Position numbers and translations under genes: made by a program | Source: an uncultured delta proteobacterium | GTDB taxonomy: Bacteria > Desulfobacterota > Binatia > UBA9968 | Length of the DNA stretch: 54,000 nucleotides | NCBI GenBank assembly: GCA_963737905.1 | Contig: CAVTUQ010000020.1 | Coordinates: 1 to 54,000, forward strand | Direction: 5' to 3' | Part shown: positions 16,140 to 25,283 of the stretch, piece by piece | Layout of the letters: each line of letters opens with the position of its first letter | Numbering within the stretch: position 1 is the first letter of the stretch | The notes under the pieces: generated by a model | The model's database searches: none | The model's input: only the letters and a program-made list of their open reading frames with translations | What the model was told of the DNA's origin: nothing

Positions 16140-17816
16140 TCACATTGGAATACCTTTTCGATCCGGATTTGTAAGCCATCGTTTAACGTCCGAAAGAAAT
16201 CGCCATACATCATCCGTTGACGGCCTAATATATGATTGAGTGTTGGGGTCTTCTCCGATTTTATCAAACACATTAATCAACCACTCTGGCCCGTGACCCT
16301 GTGCTCCTAGCTCCGGCAGCCATGATTCCATCTCTCCACGACGAACCACGAACAATCCGTAATTTTCAAGTCTGTCGAAAAGATTATTAGCTGCCTCTTT
16401 GTCGTTTGCCAATAAAATCGCGACTCCTCCATCTTTGTTCATGTCCTTTCCAGAGTCATCGAATTTTTGCTTAATTTGACCACGCATCTGCCCAAGAGAT
16501 TGCCGCTCAATTTCAGGGATAAAACCACTTCCTACGAAATCGCTCCATACGGAGCCGCCCTCTTTAAAAACGTCGATATCGACGATTCCCGCTGCAGGGA
16601 TACCCATCTCGCGAAGTGGGCGAATAATTTTCGGTATTGTTTGCCTATTTTGTGCGTGTATAAAGAGGCAATTCGGAATTCCCCATTCCGGCTTAAAACG
16701 TTGTAGCCTTTCGTTGATCTCTTGGTAGAAAACGCGGTCGGAATCGGCTTCCCCAACTATTACGAATTTGTAAAACAGCCCATTTAGTACCCCAGTGGAA
16801 CGCAAGATAGGATTTCTCATTAGCTTTAAAATAGATTGACTGGGCAGAATACGGGCTGTAGCTATGCCTTCTTGATACGTCAATCTAACAATGTTCAGAG
16901 GGACTCCCGATTGTATGCAGCCCATAACAAACTCTGCGCTATGAGTAGATACAAAGAGGCGTTTTTGTGAGCCGGTCGTAGCCTGTCCAATTTCTTTGCC
17001 CAAATTGAAAGATAACGATGGGTGCAAGAAGGCCTCCGGTTCATCTATAGTGATCACTTCGGGATCTCCTGCAATAATTGCGGTTATGATCCCAGTAAAA
17101 GCTTTGACACCATCACTGGCTGCCTCTATCGGCAAAGCAGCAGCGTGAAATTGAACCGCCCCCTCGTGTAACCCCCTTTCTTCCATTGCGTTTAAGGGCT
17201 CACGTGGCGACAGCTTAAATCGCAATCGCCCCAAGTTGGTGAGATCAATTACAAGATAGCTGCCGAACGCGTCGTGAATAATTCTCCGAACTTCCTTTCG
17301 TTTGACGTCATTGCTGAATAAGATCCCGAGGTTGTTAATAGGATGCTGCAAGTCACCACCGGCGTCTTCGTTCACAAGGGCGATTCGATTTTGTCCGTTA
17401 AGCGTTAATGTGTTGAATTGGAGGTAACCCTGGCAAAAATAACCTTTATTGGCATTCGTGTTTTGTAAGCTTCCGATCAAGCCATCCCGATTTATGGCGA
17501 TTCTGGTGTTGTACCAGCCAACCAGTATCTCCCCAGGTCGCAAAGGAGGATCTAAAGAACCAGAACGTGGCCCTCGTGTGATACGGCGCACTCTTTCCTC
17601 TGCATGTTGCGGCATCAAATTCTCAAATTCTATATCCTCAAGAATAACGTCAGTTGCAAATGCCGACCCGCGTACACAAAAGTGGTGGATTTCGGAAAGA
17701 ACCTTACTCTTGCCCGAATTGTTCGGGCCAACAAAAATTGTAATTGGGGTTGCCTCTATGATTTGTGGAGGTGCATCCCTAATCTTTCCAAACTTTAGCT
17801 TAACTGTTTTAATCAC
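16140..17816 (-). CDS. OLD-family ABC ATPase-TOPRIM nuclease
   Basis: Walker A GPNNSGKS, signature-like SDGVK, Walker B IDEPEAFLHP, H-loop STHS, TOPRIM IVGEADSD and DID. AT-richer than its neighbours; GTG start at 17816 preferred. Confidence 0.85.
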   Translation of the reverse strand: MIKTVKLKFGKIRDAPPQIIEATPITIFVGPNNSGKSKVLSEIHHFCVRGSAFATDVILEDIEFENLMPQHAEERVRRITRGPRSGSLDPPLRPGEILVGWYNTRIAINRDGLIGSLQNTNANKGYFCQGYLQFNTLTLNGQNRIALVNEDAGGDLQHPINNLGILFSNDVKRKEVRRIIHDAFGSYLVIDLTNLGRLRFKLSPREPLNAMEERGLHEGAVQFHAAALPIEAASDGVKAFTGIITAIIAGDPEVITIDEPEAFLHPSLSFNLGKEIGQATTGSQKRLFVSTHSAEFVMGCIQSGVPLNIVRLTYQEGIATARILPSQSILKLMRNPILRSTGVLNGLFYKFVIVGEADSDRVFYQEINERLQRFKPEWGIPNCLFIHAQNRQTIPKIIRPLREMGIPAAGIVDIDVFKEGGSVWSDFVGSGFIPEIERQSLGQMRGQIKQKFDDSGKDMNKDGGVAILLANDKEAANNLFDRLENYGLFVVRRGEMESWLPELGAQGHGPEWLINVFDKIGEDPNTQSYIRPSTDDVWRFLSDVKRWLTNPDRKGIPM

Positions 17817-18263
17817 TTTCCAATCTTTCCACCATCGAGAGCATGACAATAATTTCCGATGGCTGGTGATCTGCTCTCATATATCAAGTCGGTGGTCAGG
17901 GATACAATCGACTTGATAATTTCGTGAGCCGCCTCGTGTGTCAAATCCGATACGCGCCCGTTTACCTCCTGCCGGGCCTGGCTTCATACACGAGATCCGA
18001 GTAAGGCCCTCCCCCTAGTGTGCCCTCGTTGATCATCGTTACTGACATCGATCTCTAACCGTGTGAGTGCTGCCGTTGTGAGTTGATGCGCTTCTATATC
18101 TGAACTTCGTTTTTGAAAGTTCGAGACGAGACGCAACGCAAACTCTTCTCGCGAATGCCTTCTTGACAAGCGTGTATTTCAGAAGTGGCAGAAGTGACAG
18201 ACAACAGAGCATCGATTGAAAACGTCACCGCAACAAATCACCACGTTAGAAAATTTTTGCTCA

Positions 18264-18279
18264 CGGCATACTGATTGCT
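18264..18279 (+). promoter_or_regulatory. Putative sigma54 promoter
   Basis: CGGCAT-ACTGA-TTGCT (GG-N10-GC). Confidence 0.5.
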
Positions 18280-18350
18280 CTTTCATCGATCATAAAGACT
18301 TTTGCCGAAGGTCCCGGTCGTAAAACAAAGCGTATAAAGCGATCACGCGC

Positions 18351-18425
18351 ATGCAGGCGATCAATGGACGGTACCTGAAATGTGGTTACCGGCTTGCGTA
18401 AGTTTGGGTCTTCGGGAATCGCCTC
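18351..18425 (+). pseudogene. Zn-ribbon family stub, C-terminal half (copy 4)
   Basis: MQAINGRYLKCGYRLA*VWVFGNR; DNA closely similar to 6566-6635 (GGCGATCAA.GGACGGT.C.TGAAATGTGGTTA.CGGCTTG). Confidence 0.7.
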
Positions 18426-18565
18426 ACTCGCCGATCTGCTTTAACCCCCTTTGATCTTTCGCCTATTGACGATGTATAAGACGCTGAAGAGTTCATACGC
18501 GCCCGGGATAACTCCCGCCACAGGAACCGTCACGATCCCGGAACAATAAAAAGGCAGAGACGTCG

Positions 18566-19717
18566 ATGAGCGACATATTCATCAGCTACAAGCGCGAAGA
18601 ACAAGCCATAGCGAAGGAACTTGCGAATGCGCTGGAGGAGGAAGGCTGGAGTGTATGGTGGGATCCGAATCTACGGGCAGGTGAACACTTTGATGACGTG
18701 ATCGAGAAGGCGTTGAATGAGGCTAAGTGCGTCGTAGTGATATGGTCCAACCTTTCGGTGAACTCCGAATATGTAAAAGCCGAAGCAACGGAGGCTTTAG
18801 AGCAAAGAAAACTTCTTCCCGTGAAGATTGAGAACGTAAGCCTGCCGTTTAGGTTCAAAAGAGTTCACACACTGAGTTTGCTTGGTTGGGATGGGTCAAA
18901 AGACTTCTCGGAGTTTCGCAAACTTGTGCAAGACATTGCGGCGATTGTTGGCCCTACGGCGACCAAGCGTCAAGAAAAACAGCCTGCCGACAGACAAGAA
19001 AGTGAGGCCGTTGATCCCCTCCGGTCTGAGAGCCGTAACAGCATCGGCATGGCGTTCGTGCTGATTCCAGCAGGAGAATTTCTGATGGGGTCCATCGATA
19101 AGCTCGAGGAGGAGCGGCCCGTCCACAAGGTCCAGATCACTCGTCCCTTTTATCTAGGCAAGTATGCAGTGACACAAGCTGAGTGGGAAGCTGTAATGGG
19201 GAATAATCTCAGCCGTTTTAAGGGCGATCTCAAATGCCCCGTGGAGATGGTCTCCTGGGAGGATGTGAAAAAGTTTATTCGATGGTTGGACGCAAGAGAG
19301 GTTGAGCGCTACCGTCTGCCGACGGAGGCCGAATGGGAGTATGCGTGCCGTGCCGGGTCCGTGACCGCCTATGGTTTTGGGAATAACAGCAATCAGTTGA
19401 GCGAATACGCCTGGTACGAAGCAAACGCTGATGAGCAAACCCACCCAGTAGGCCAACTCAAGCCCAATCCTTGGGGCCTGTACGATATGCACGGCAACGT
19501 CTACGAGTGGGTGCAAGACTGGTACGGGGAATATCCAGCAGAGGCGGTGACCGACCCCCAAGGCCCATCTGGTCCGAGTTCGAACCCGGACCGGGTGAAT
19601 CGGGGCGGTTGCTGGCGTCATGACGCATGGGCCTGCCGGTCCGCGCGTCGCGGCCGTCTCACACCCGGCTCCCGCCGCGACGATCTTGGGTTCCGCGTGC
19701 TGAGGATGGTCCGGTAG
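18566..19717 (+). CDS. TIR domain + FGE-sulfatase (C-type lectin fold) protein
   Basis: TIR: DIFISYKRE...VWWD...SEYVKAEA. FGE: NSIGMAFVLIPAGEFLMGS, KYAVTQ, PVEMVSW, RLPTEAEWEYACRAG, GLYDMHGNVYEW, RGGCW...GFR. Confidence 0.93.
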   Translation: MSDIFISYKREEQAIAKELANALEEEGWSVWWDPNLRAGEHFDDVIEKALNEAKCVVVIWSNLSVNSEYVKAEATEALEQRKLLPVKIENVSLPFRFKRVHTLSLLGWDGSKDFSEFRKLVQDIAAIVGPTATKRQEKQPADRQESEAVDPLRSESRNSIGMAFVLIPAGEFLMGSIDKLEEERPVHKVQITRPFYLGKYAVTQAEWEAVMGNNLSRFKGDLKCPVEMVSWEDVKKFIRWLDAREVERYRLPTEAEWEYACRAGSVTAYGFGNNSNQLSEYAWYEANADEQTHPVGQLKPNPWGLYDMHGNVYEWVQDWYGEYPAEAVTDPQGPSGPSSNPDRVNRGGCWRHDAWACRSARRGRLTPGSRRDDLGFRVLRMVR

Positions 19718-19835
19718 CGCTTGGCGCCTCTACGCTTGTGCTCTGCCTCCGCTTTGGTGATTTCATAAATTACTTCCCGACCCCGAGCGGTCTGGTCCAG
19801 AAACGGGATTTGGTTGCGCGCAAAGGAGGAACTCA

Positions 19836-20372
19836 ATGAAGGAAGGGGGGAAACTTGGATGGTTGAGATTGACCGACAAGAGCGATTTAGTCCTGACAAC
19901 TCTTCACGTTTTACAACATCAAGACAGAGGCATCTTTGGCGAGAGCCACACGATCATTCCACGCAAGGCAATTACCAGTGTTCGGTTAGGTTGGCGAAGG
20001 AGCCAAGGGCTCGTGGTTCTGGGAACGATTTTGCTCTTTATTTACGCGATTCTCATGATCGGCCCGATCATCGCTGGCCCCGCATGGGAACAGGCCTTGA
20101 CACTGTCCTCCTTGACCATTTCTTTTATCCAATATGCCTCACTGTTAAGCGGAATCGCCGTATATGTTTTGTTCTGGTTTGCCAAACGGAATGAAATCCA
20201 GATTATGGCTCCGACGGCGACCCTAGGAGGAATACCTCGAAGCTATGAAGAGGCGGATAAGTTTTGCGCCCTCCTGGTCTCGGAATTGGAAGATCAACCC
20301 GGGGCAACGGATAAGAGTGAAAGTGAAGCAGCAAGCAGGCCGAAAGCGGCCGATCATGACTGGCGGCTATAA
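19836..20372 (+). CDS. Membrane protein with two TM segments, hypothetical
   Basis: Strong SD AAGGAGG; two hydrophobic helices. Confidence 0.75.
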   Translation: MKEGGKLGWLRLTDKSDLVLTTLHVLQHQDRGIFGESHTIIPRKAITSVRLGWRRSQGLVVLGTILLFIYAILMIGPIIAGPAWEQALTLSSLTISFIQYASLLSGIAVYVLFWFAKRNEIQIMAPTATLGGIPRSYEEADKFCALLVSELEDQPGATDKSESEAASRPKAADHDWRL

Positions 20373-20421
20373 TCCACTAATTTTAGGAAACCACCTTTGG
20401 CGAATTCTCCTCCTTTCTAAA

Positions 20422-21141
20422 CTAAAACTTAAAATTCCACTCGTCGCGAGCATAGCGTTCCCGTTTCAGGGCTTCGATTCTATCCAAGGGAATATCGTGA
20501 AGCGGCTCGTCTGCCTCCCATACCTGCTTGAGCGCTCGGCGGAGATCGAGCGGCGTGATTCCCAAGTTGCATAAAAAAGCGCCGTGAGAACGGCCGCGCC
20601 GGTAAGCAGGCTGCTTGGATGGCATTCGTAGATATGTTTCGATAATGCCCAGATCGAAACGGAGCAAAAAAGTCCCATGAAACAAGGTGCAAAGACTTTT
20701 CCGGTGTTGAGCATTGCCGGAAAATTTCCGTCCATCGAGTACGAGATCGCTGATGCCCTGGATTTGAATTGCTGCCGAACCTTGAACAGCACAAGACTTA
20801 AGGTGTCGTTCCAGGACAAACCGATAAGAAACCGTTAAATCAGCGGGAATTCCGAGAGGCTCATGCTTCACGGCTAGTGAATAATTTAAGCAGCCCGGCC
20901 CTTGAAGCACCGTCCCGCCGCCACTGAAACGTCTGAATATAGGTATGCCTTTCGCCTCGCATGCAGCGACGTCGACCTCCGAGGCTACCCTGTTGGAATA
21001 ACCTACGACAACAAAGTAATGGTCCGGCTCCCAGACGCGCAAGAGACCGTCTTCCTCATTTCTTTCACAGAGTTCTAGCAACGCCTCGTCGCAGGCGAGG
21101 TTGCTAGCGGGATCAGCGAACGTCAAGTCCAAATATTTCAC
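20422..21141 (-). CDS. lplA: Lipoate-protein ligase A family protein
   Basis: NLACDEALL, RRFSGGGTV, CLNYS, DGRKFSGNAQ, HGTFL; divergent from the PDH operon. Confidence 0.88.
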   Translation of the reverse strand: MKYLDLTFADPASNLACDEALLELCERNEEDGLLRVWEPDHYFVVVGYSNRVASEVDVAACEAKGIPIFRRFSGGGTVLQGPGCLNYSLAVKHEPLGIPADLTVSYRFVLERHLKSCAVQGSAAIQIQGISDLVLDGRKFSGNAQHRKSLCTLFHGTFLLRFDLGIIETYLRMPSKQPAYRRGRSHGAFLCNLGITPLDLRRALKQVWEADEPLHDIPLDRIEALKRERYARDEWNFKF

Positions 21142-21200
21142 GATCTTGTGTTGATTTCGGTTTTATTCTGTTGTCTGGTACAATCGATAAAGAGGTAGTG

Positions 21201-23921
21201 ATGGAGATTGAAAAAAAGAACCTAGACAACGGTGCTGAGGTTAGCGGCTTTCGCGAGAACAATAAGGGACTCAAGAACGAGAAACATAAATGGGTCGCTT
21301 CCCTGGAATACATTCTTGAATATATTCTCAAGAATGAGGAGTCAGAACAAGCCGCGTTTCTGGTTGAAGAGTTGATTGCACGACTTAGGGAGTCCGGACT
21401 AAAGATTCCCTACGCCGTCACTACTCCGTACATCAATACGATTCCCTCCGAAAAAGAACCCCCCTATCCTGGCAACCGCGAGATCGAGCGACGCATCAAA
21501 AGCTACGTGCGTTGGAATGCGATGGCCATGGTTGTAAAAGCCAACCGGCTTCACCCTGACATCGGAGGCCATATTTCGACCTACGCGTCATCGGCGACCC
21601 TCTATGAGGTGGGGCTCAACCATTTTTTCCGGGGCGGCGACGCTGACCGCTTGGGCGACATGGTTTATTTTCAGGGGCACGCTTCCCCGGGCGCCTACTC
21701 GAGGGCTTACATAGAGTGGCGAATCAATGCCCCCAAGCTTCACAACTTTCGCCAAGAATTGTCTCCCGTGGGTGGATTGTCGTCCTATCCACACCCGTAC
21801 CTGATTCCTGACTTTTGGCAGTTTCCGACCGTGTCGATGGGACTCGCTCCGATCATGTCCATCTACCAAGCCCGCTTCAGTCGCTATCTCAAGAGCCGCG
21901 GCCTAATGACTGGGGAAGAGCCCAGGGTTTGGTGTTTTGTCGGAGACGGTGAGATGGATGAACCTGAAGCCTCCGGCGCGTTGTCGCTGGCAGGTCGAGA
22001 AAATCTGGACAATCTCGTCTGGGTAGTGAATTGCAACTTGCAGCGTCTCGATGGCCCTGTCAGGGGTAATGGCAAGATTATCCAGGAGTTGGAATCGATT
22101 TTTCGTGGCGCCGGATGGAATGTCATAAAAGTCGTCTGGGGCTCAGATTGGGATCCGCTTCTCGCCGCCGACGAAAACGGCTTGCTGGTAAAACGCATGG
22201 AAGAGGCGGTGGACGGAGACTACCAAAAATATTCAGTCGAGCCCGGCAGCTACACGAGAAAGCACTTCTTCGGAAAATATCCGGAGCTTCTCGAGATGGT
22301 AAATCATTTGACTGACGACCAGATCCACAAACTGCTCCGCGGCGGCCACGACCCGAAAAAAGTGTATGCAGCTTATCGGGCTGCCGTCGATCACAGGGGC
22401 TCCCCCACCGTCATATTGGCAAAAACGGTTAAGGGCTACGGATTAGGCGAAGCCGGCGAGGGGCGTAATGTCACCCATCAGCAAAAGAAGCTGAACGAGC
22501 GCGAGCTGCGCGAGTTTCGTACACGTTTCGACATACCGCTGGCGGATGAAGAGGTCGTCGAAACGCCTTTTTATCGTCCTCCCTTGGATAGTCCGGAAAC
22601 CCAGTATGTGCTGGAAAGAAGAAAACAACTGGGAGGATTTGTTCCGCACCGTAAGGTCAAAGCCGCTGCGCTGACTCTTCCGGACACGACCCACTATGCC
22701 GAATTCCTAAGGGGCTCCGGCCAACATCCCATGTCGACCACGATGGCCATGGTCCGTCTGCTGACTAAGCTTCTGCGCCACGAGGAAATCGGTAAACGAA
22801 TCGTGCCCATTATTCCCGACGAGGCCAGAACTTTCGGTATGGACGCGCTGTTCCGTCAGATCGGTATCTATTCTCCGAAGGGGCAGCTTTACGAGCCGGT
22901 AGATCGGGAAACGCTCCTTTATTACAATGAGGTGAAAGACGGTCAAATTCTTGAAGAAGGCATCACGGAGGCGGGCGCCATGTCGTCTTTCATCGCCGCC
23001 GGCACCGCCTATGCCAATCTGGGAATCCACATGATTCCGTTTTATTTTTATTATTCCATGTTCGGATTCCAACGCATCGGAGACTTGATGTGGGCCGCCG
23101 GCGATATTAAAGCCAAAGGCTTTTTGCTAGGCGCCACGGCCGGCCGAACGACTCTGAACGGCGAAGGACTGCAGCACCAGGACGGTCACAGCCACATTCT
23201 GGCGAGCACGATCCCAACATTGTTAACCTACGATCCAGGGTTTGCGTATGAGATCGCGGTTATTGTTCGCGACGGGTTGCGACGACTCTACGCCGAGGGG
23301 GAGGAATATTTCTATTACCTAACCCTTTATAACGAAAACTACGAGATGCCAGAAATGCCCAACGGCGCCGAGGAAGGTATCCTCAAAGGACTGTACAAAT
23401 TCAAAGCGTCCGACAAAGGAAAAACCCACAAGGCGCACATTTTCGGCAGCGGGCCGCTCCTCAGAGAAGCGCTGCGAGCGCAACAGATACTCGCCGAACA
23501 GTTCGACGTTTCGGCCGATATATGGAGCGCGACGAGCTATAAGCTTCTACGTGGGGATGCGCTCAATATCAGGCGATGGAATATGCTCCATCCACTGGCG
23601 CCTCAGAAAAAATCTTATTTAGAATCGTTGCTGCAGAATGAAGAGGGCGTGTTCGTCGCCGTTTCGGATTATATGAAAATGGTGCCGGACCAAATTGCTC
23701 CATGGGTACCCGGCGGCCTGACCACGCTGGGCACGGATGGTTTCGGCCGGAGTGACACTCGGCCGAACCTGCGGCGTTTTTTCGAAGTGGATGCGGAAAC
23801 CACCGCTATCGCCACCCTGTATGCGCTCTATCAGAAAGGCGCGCTGCCAGCGCAAACGGTTGATGCCGCAATAAAAAAACTGGGCCTTAACCCCGACAAA
23901 TCTTTCCCGTTTTATCTATAA
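21201..23921 (+). CDS. aceE: Pyruvate dehydrogenase E1 (homodimeric)
   Basis: RWNAMAMV, GGHISTYAS, FQGHASPG, WQFPTVSMG, GDGEMDEPE, NCNLQRLDGP, GRTTLNGEGLQH, LGTDGFGRSD. Confidence 0.97.
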   Translation: MEIEKKNLDNGAEVSGFRENNKGLKNEKHKWVASLEYILEYILKNEESEQAAFLVEELIARLRESGLKIPYAVTTPYINTIPSEKEPPYPGNREIERRIKSYVRWNAMAMVVKANRLHPDIGGHISTYASSATLYEVGLNHFFRGGDADRLGDMVYFQGHASPGAYSRAYIEWRINAPKLHNFRQELSPVGGLSSYPHPYLIPDFWQFPTVSMGLAPIMSIYQARFSRYLKSRGLMTGEEPRVWCFVGDGEMDEPEASGALSLAGRENLDNLVWVVNCNLQRLDGPVRGNGKIIQELESIFRGAGWNVIKVVWGSDWDPLLAADENGLLVKRMEEAVDGDYQKYSVEPGSYTRKHFFGKYPELLEMVNHLTDDQIHKLLRGGHDPKKVYAAYRAAVDHRGSPTVILAKTVKGYGLGEAGEGRNVTHQQKKLNERELREFRTRFDIPLADEEVVETPFYRPPLDSPETQYVLERRKQLGGFVPHRKVKAAALTLPDTTHYAEFLRGSGQHPMSTTMAMVRLLTKLLRHEEIGKRIVPIIPDEARTFGMDALFRQIGIYSPKGQLYEPVDRETLLYYNEVKDGQILEEGITEAGAMSSFIAAGTAYANLGIHMIPFYFYYSMFGFQRIGDLMWAAGDIKAKGFLLGATAGRTTLNGEGLQHQDGHSHILASTIPTLLTYDPGFAYEIAVIVRDGLRRLYAEGEEYFYYLTLYNENYEMPEMPNGAEEGILKGLYKFKASDKGKTHKAHIFGSGPLLREALRAQQILAEQFDVSADIWSATSYKLLRGDALNIRRWNMLHPLAPQKKSYLESLLQNEEGVFVAVSDYMKMVPDQIAPWVPGGLTTLGTDGFGRSDTRPNLRRFFEVDAETTAIATLYALYQKGALPAQTVDAAIKKLGLNPDKSFPFYL

Positions 23922-23953
23922 CCAACACCACTACTTCGCGCGCGACTTTCGTC

Positions 23954-25276
23954 ATGGACGTCAAACTTCCGCGATTAGCTGAGGGCGTAGAGTCAGGAAT
24001 CGTTGTCAGCATTCTAGTCTCTGAAGGACAGGAGATCAAAAAAGACCAACCTTTTATAGAATTGGAAACCCAAAAGGCAGTCGGCTCTATCCCTTCACCG
24101 GAATCGGGTATCGTCAGCCAGATCCACGTCAAAGAAGGAATGGAGGTCGTTGTCGGCCAACGCCTTATCTCCATCTCCACCGAGAAAGTTTCTACAGCCG
24201 CCAAAGCCGCAACCAGCGAGGAACCGACCGCGTCAGCCGAAGTCGAGCGCCTTTTACAAACTCGAAGTCCGACACCGTCGCCCACGGGCGCGGCGGCGAA
24301 GTCCGCGCCACAAGAAGGAGATTACCGGTACGAATCCAAAACCGGCGCACCGCCGCCTGCCTCCCCGTCGATTCGCAAAATCGCCAGCGATCTTGGTATC
24401 GATCTGACACGCGTTAAAGGCAGTGAAGCCGGAGGTAGGATCGTGCTCTCGGACGTTCGCGCCTATATCCAGCGGCTGCAACAGCGGTCCTTCGTAGAAG
24501 CTCAAGAGCGGCCAGCCACCAGTTCACAATCCGCAGTGCCACAAAGAGAGCCCATCGATTTCGGTAAATGGGGTCCAGTCCGACGGGAACGGATGTCAGC
24601 TCTGAGGCGAACCGTCAGCCGACGCATGGTCGAGTCCTGGACGACGATTCCCAAAATAAACCAATTTGACAATGCCGATATTACGGATCTCCTAGCAGTG
24701 CGGAAAAAATACGCCGCAACCTTTGAAAAAAAAGGATCGCATTTAACACTGACCGCTTTTCTGCTGAAAGTCATCGCGGATGGCCTAAAAAAACATCCTC
24801 GGGCCAATGCCAGCATTGACGACGCCAGCAACGAGATCATCTACAAAGATTATTACCACCTCGGTGTCGCCGTCGACACGGAAGGCGGGCTGATCGTACC
24901 GGTGCTGCGCGACGTAGACAAAAAAAATCTCTTCGAACTTTCCCAAGAGCTGCGCGAACTAACCGAAAAAACCCGGCAACGGAAAGTATCTCTGGAAGAG
25001 CTTCAAGGAGGCACGTTCACGATCTCCAATCAGGGCAGCATCGGCAGCGGTCATTTTACGCCGATTATCTATAGCCCCCAGGTAGCGATCCTAGGCGTCG
25101 GCCAGGGGCAATCGACGCCCATCGTGATCGAGGAGAAAATCGCAATTCGCACGATGCTTCCCCTGTGTCTAGCGTACGATCACCGTGTGCTTGACGGTGC
25201 CGATGCCGTGCGGTTTCTAAAAGAGATCGTCACCGGCTTGGAAAACTTTCCCGAACCTCAAGTGAAACCCAAGTAA
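23954..25276 (+). CDS. aceF: Dihydrolipoamide acetyltransferase E2 (one lipoyl domain)
   Basis: Lipoyl domain ETQKA, E3-binding ASPSIRKIA, GGTFTISN, YDHRVLDGA. Confidence 0.93.
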   Translation: MDVKLPRLAEGVESGIVVSILVSEGQEIKKDQPFIELETQKAVGSIPSPESGIVSQIHVKEGMEVVVGQRLISISTEKVSTAAKAATSEEPTASAEVERLLQTRSPTPSPTGAAAKSAPQEGDYRYESKTGAPPPASPSIRKIASDLGIDLTRVKGSEAGGRIVLSDVRAYIQRLQQRSFVEAQERPATSSQSAVPQREPIDFGKWGPVRRERMSALRRTVSRRMVESWTTIPKINQFDNADITDLLAVRKKYAATFEKKGSHLTLTAFLLKVIADGLKKHPRANASIDDASNEIIYKDYYHLGVAVDTEGGLIVPVLRDVDKKNLFELSQELRELTEKTRQRKVSLEELQGGTFTISNQGSIGSGHFTPIIYSPQVAILGVGQGQSTPIVIEEKIAIRTMLPLCLAYDHRVLDGADAVRFLKEIVTGLENFPEPQVKPK

Positions 25277-25283
25277 AGGAAAA

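Noticed and set aside
1767-17934. Shared 12-mer CGTGAGCCGCCT near 1767 and 17923
   Set aside because: Matches of this length are expected by chance in 54 kb and it does not extend.
8209-19836. Complete DGR in the window
   Set aside because: No reverse transcriptase, avd or AAC-rich template copy of either variable region was found. The two variable regions are not templates for each other.
1-20400. Integron cassette array
   Set aside because: Genes are in mixed orientation, there is no intI, and RYYYAAC-like words (e.g. GCCTAAC near 11201) lack a matching GTTRRRY arm.
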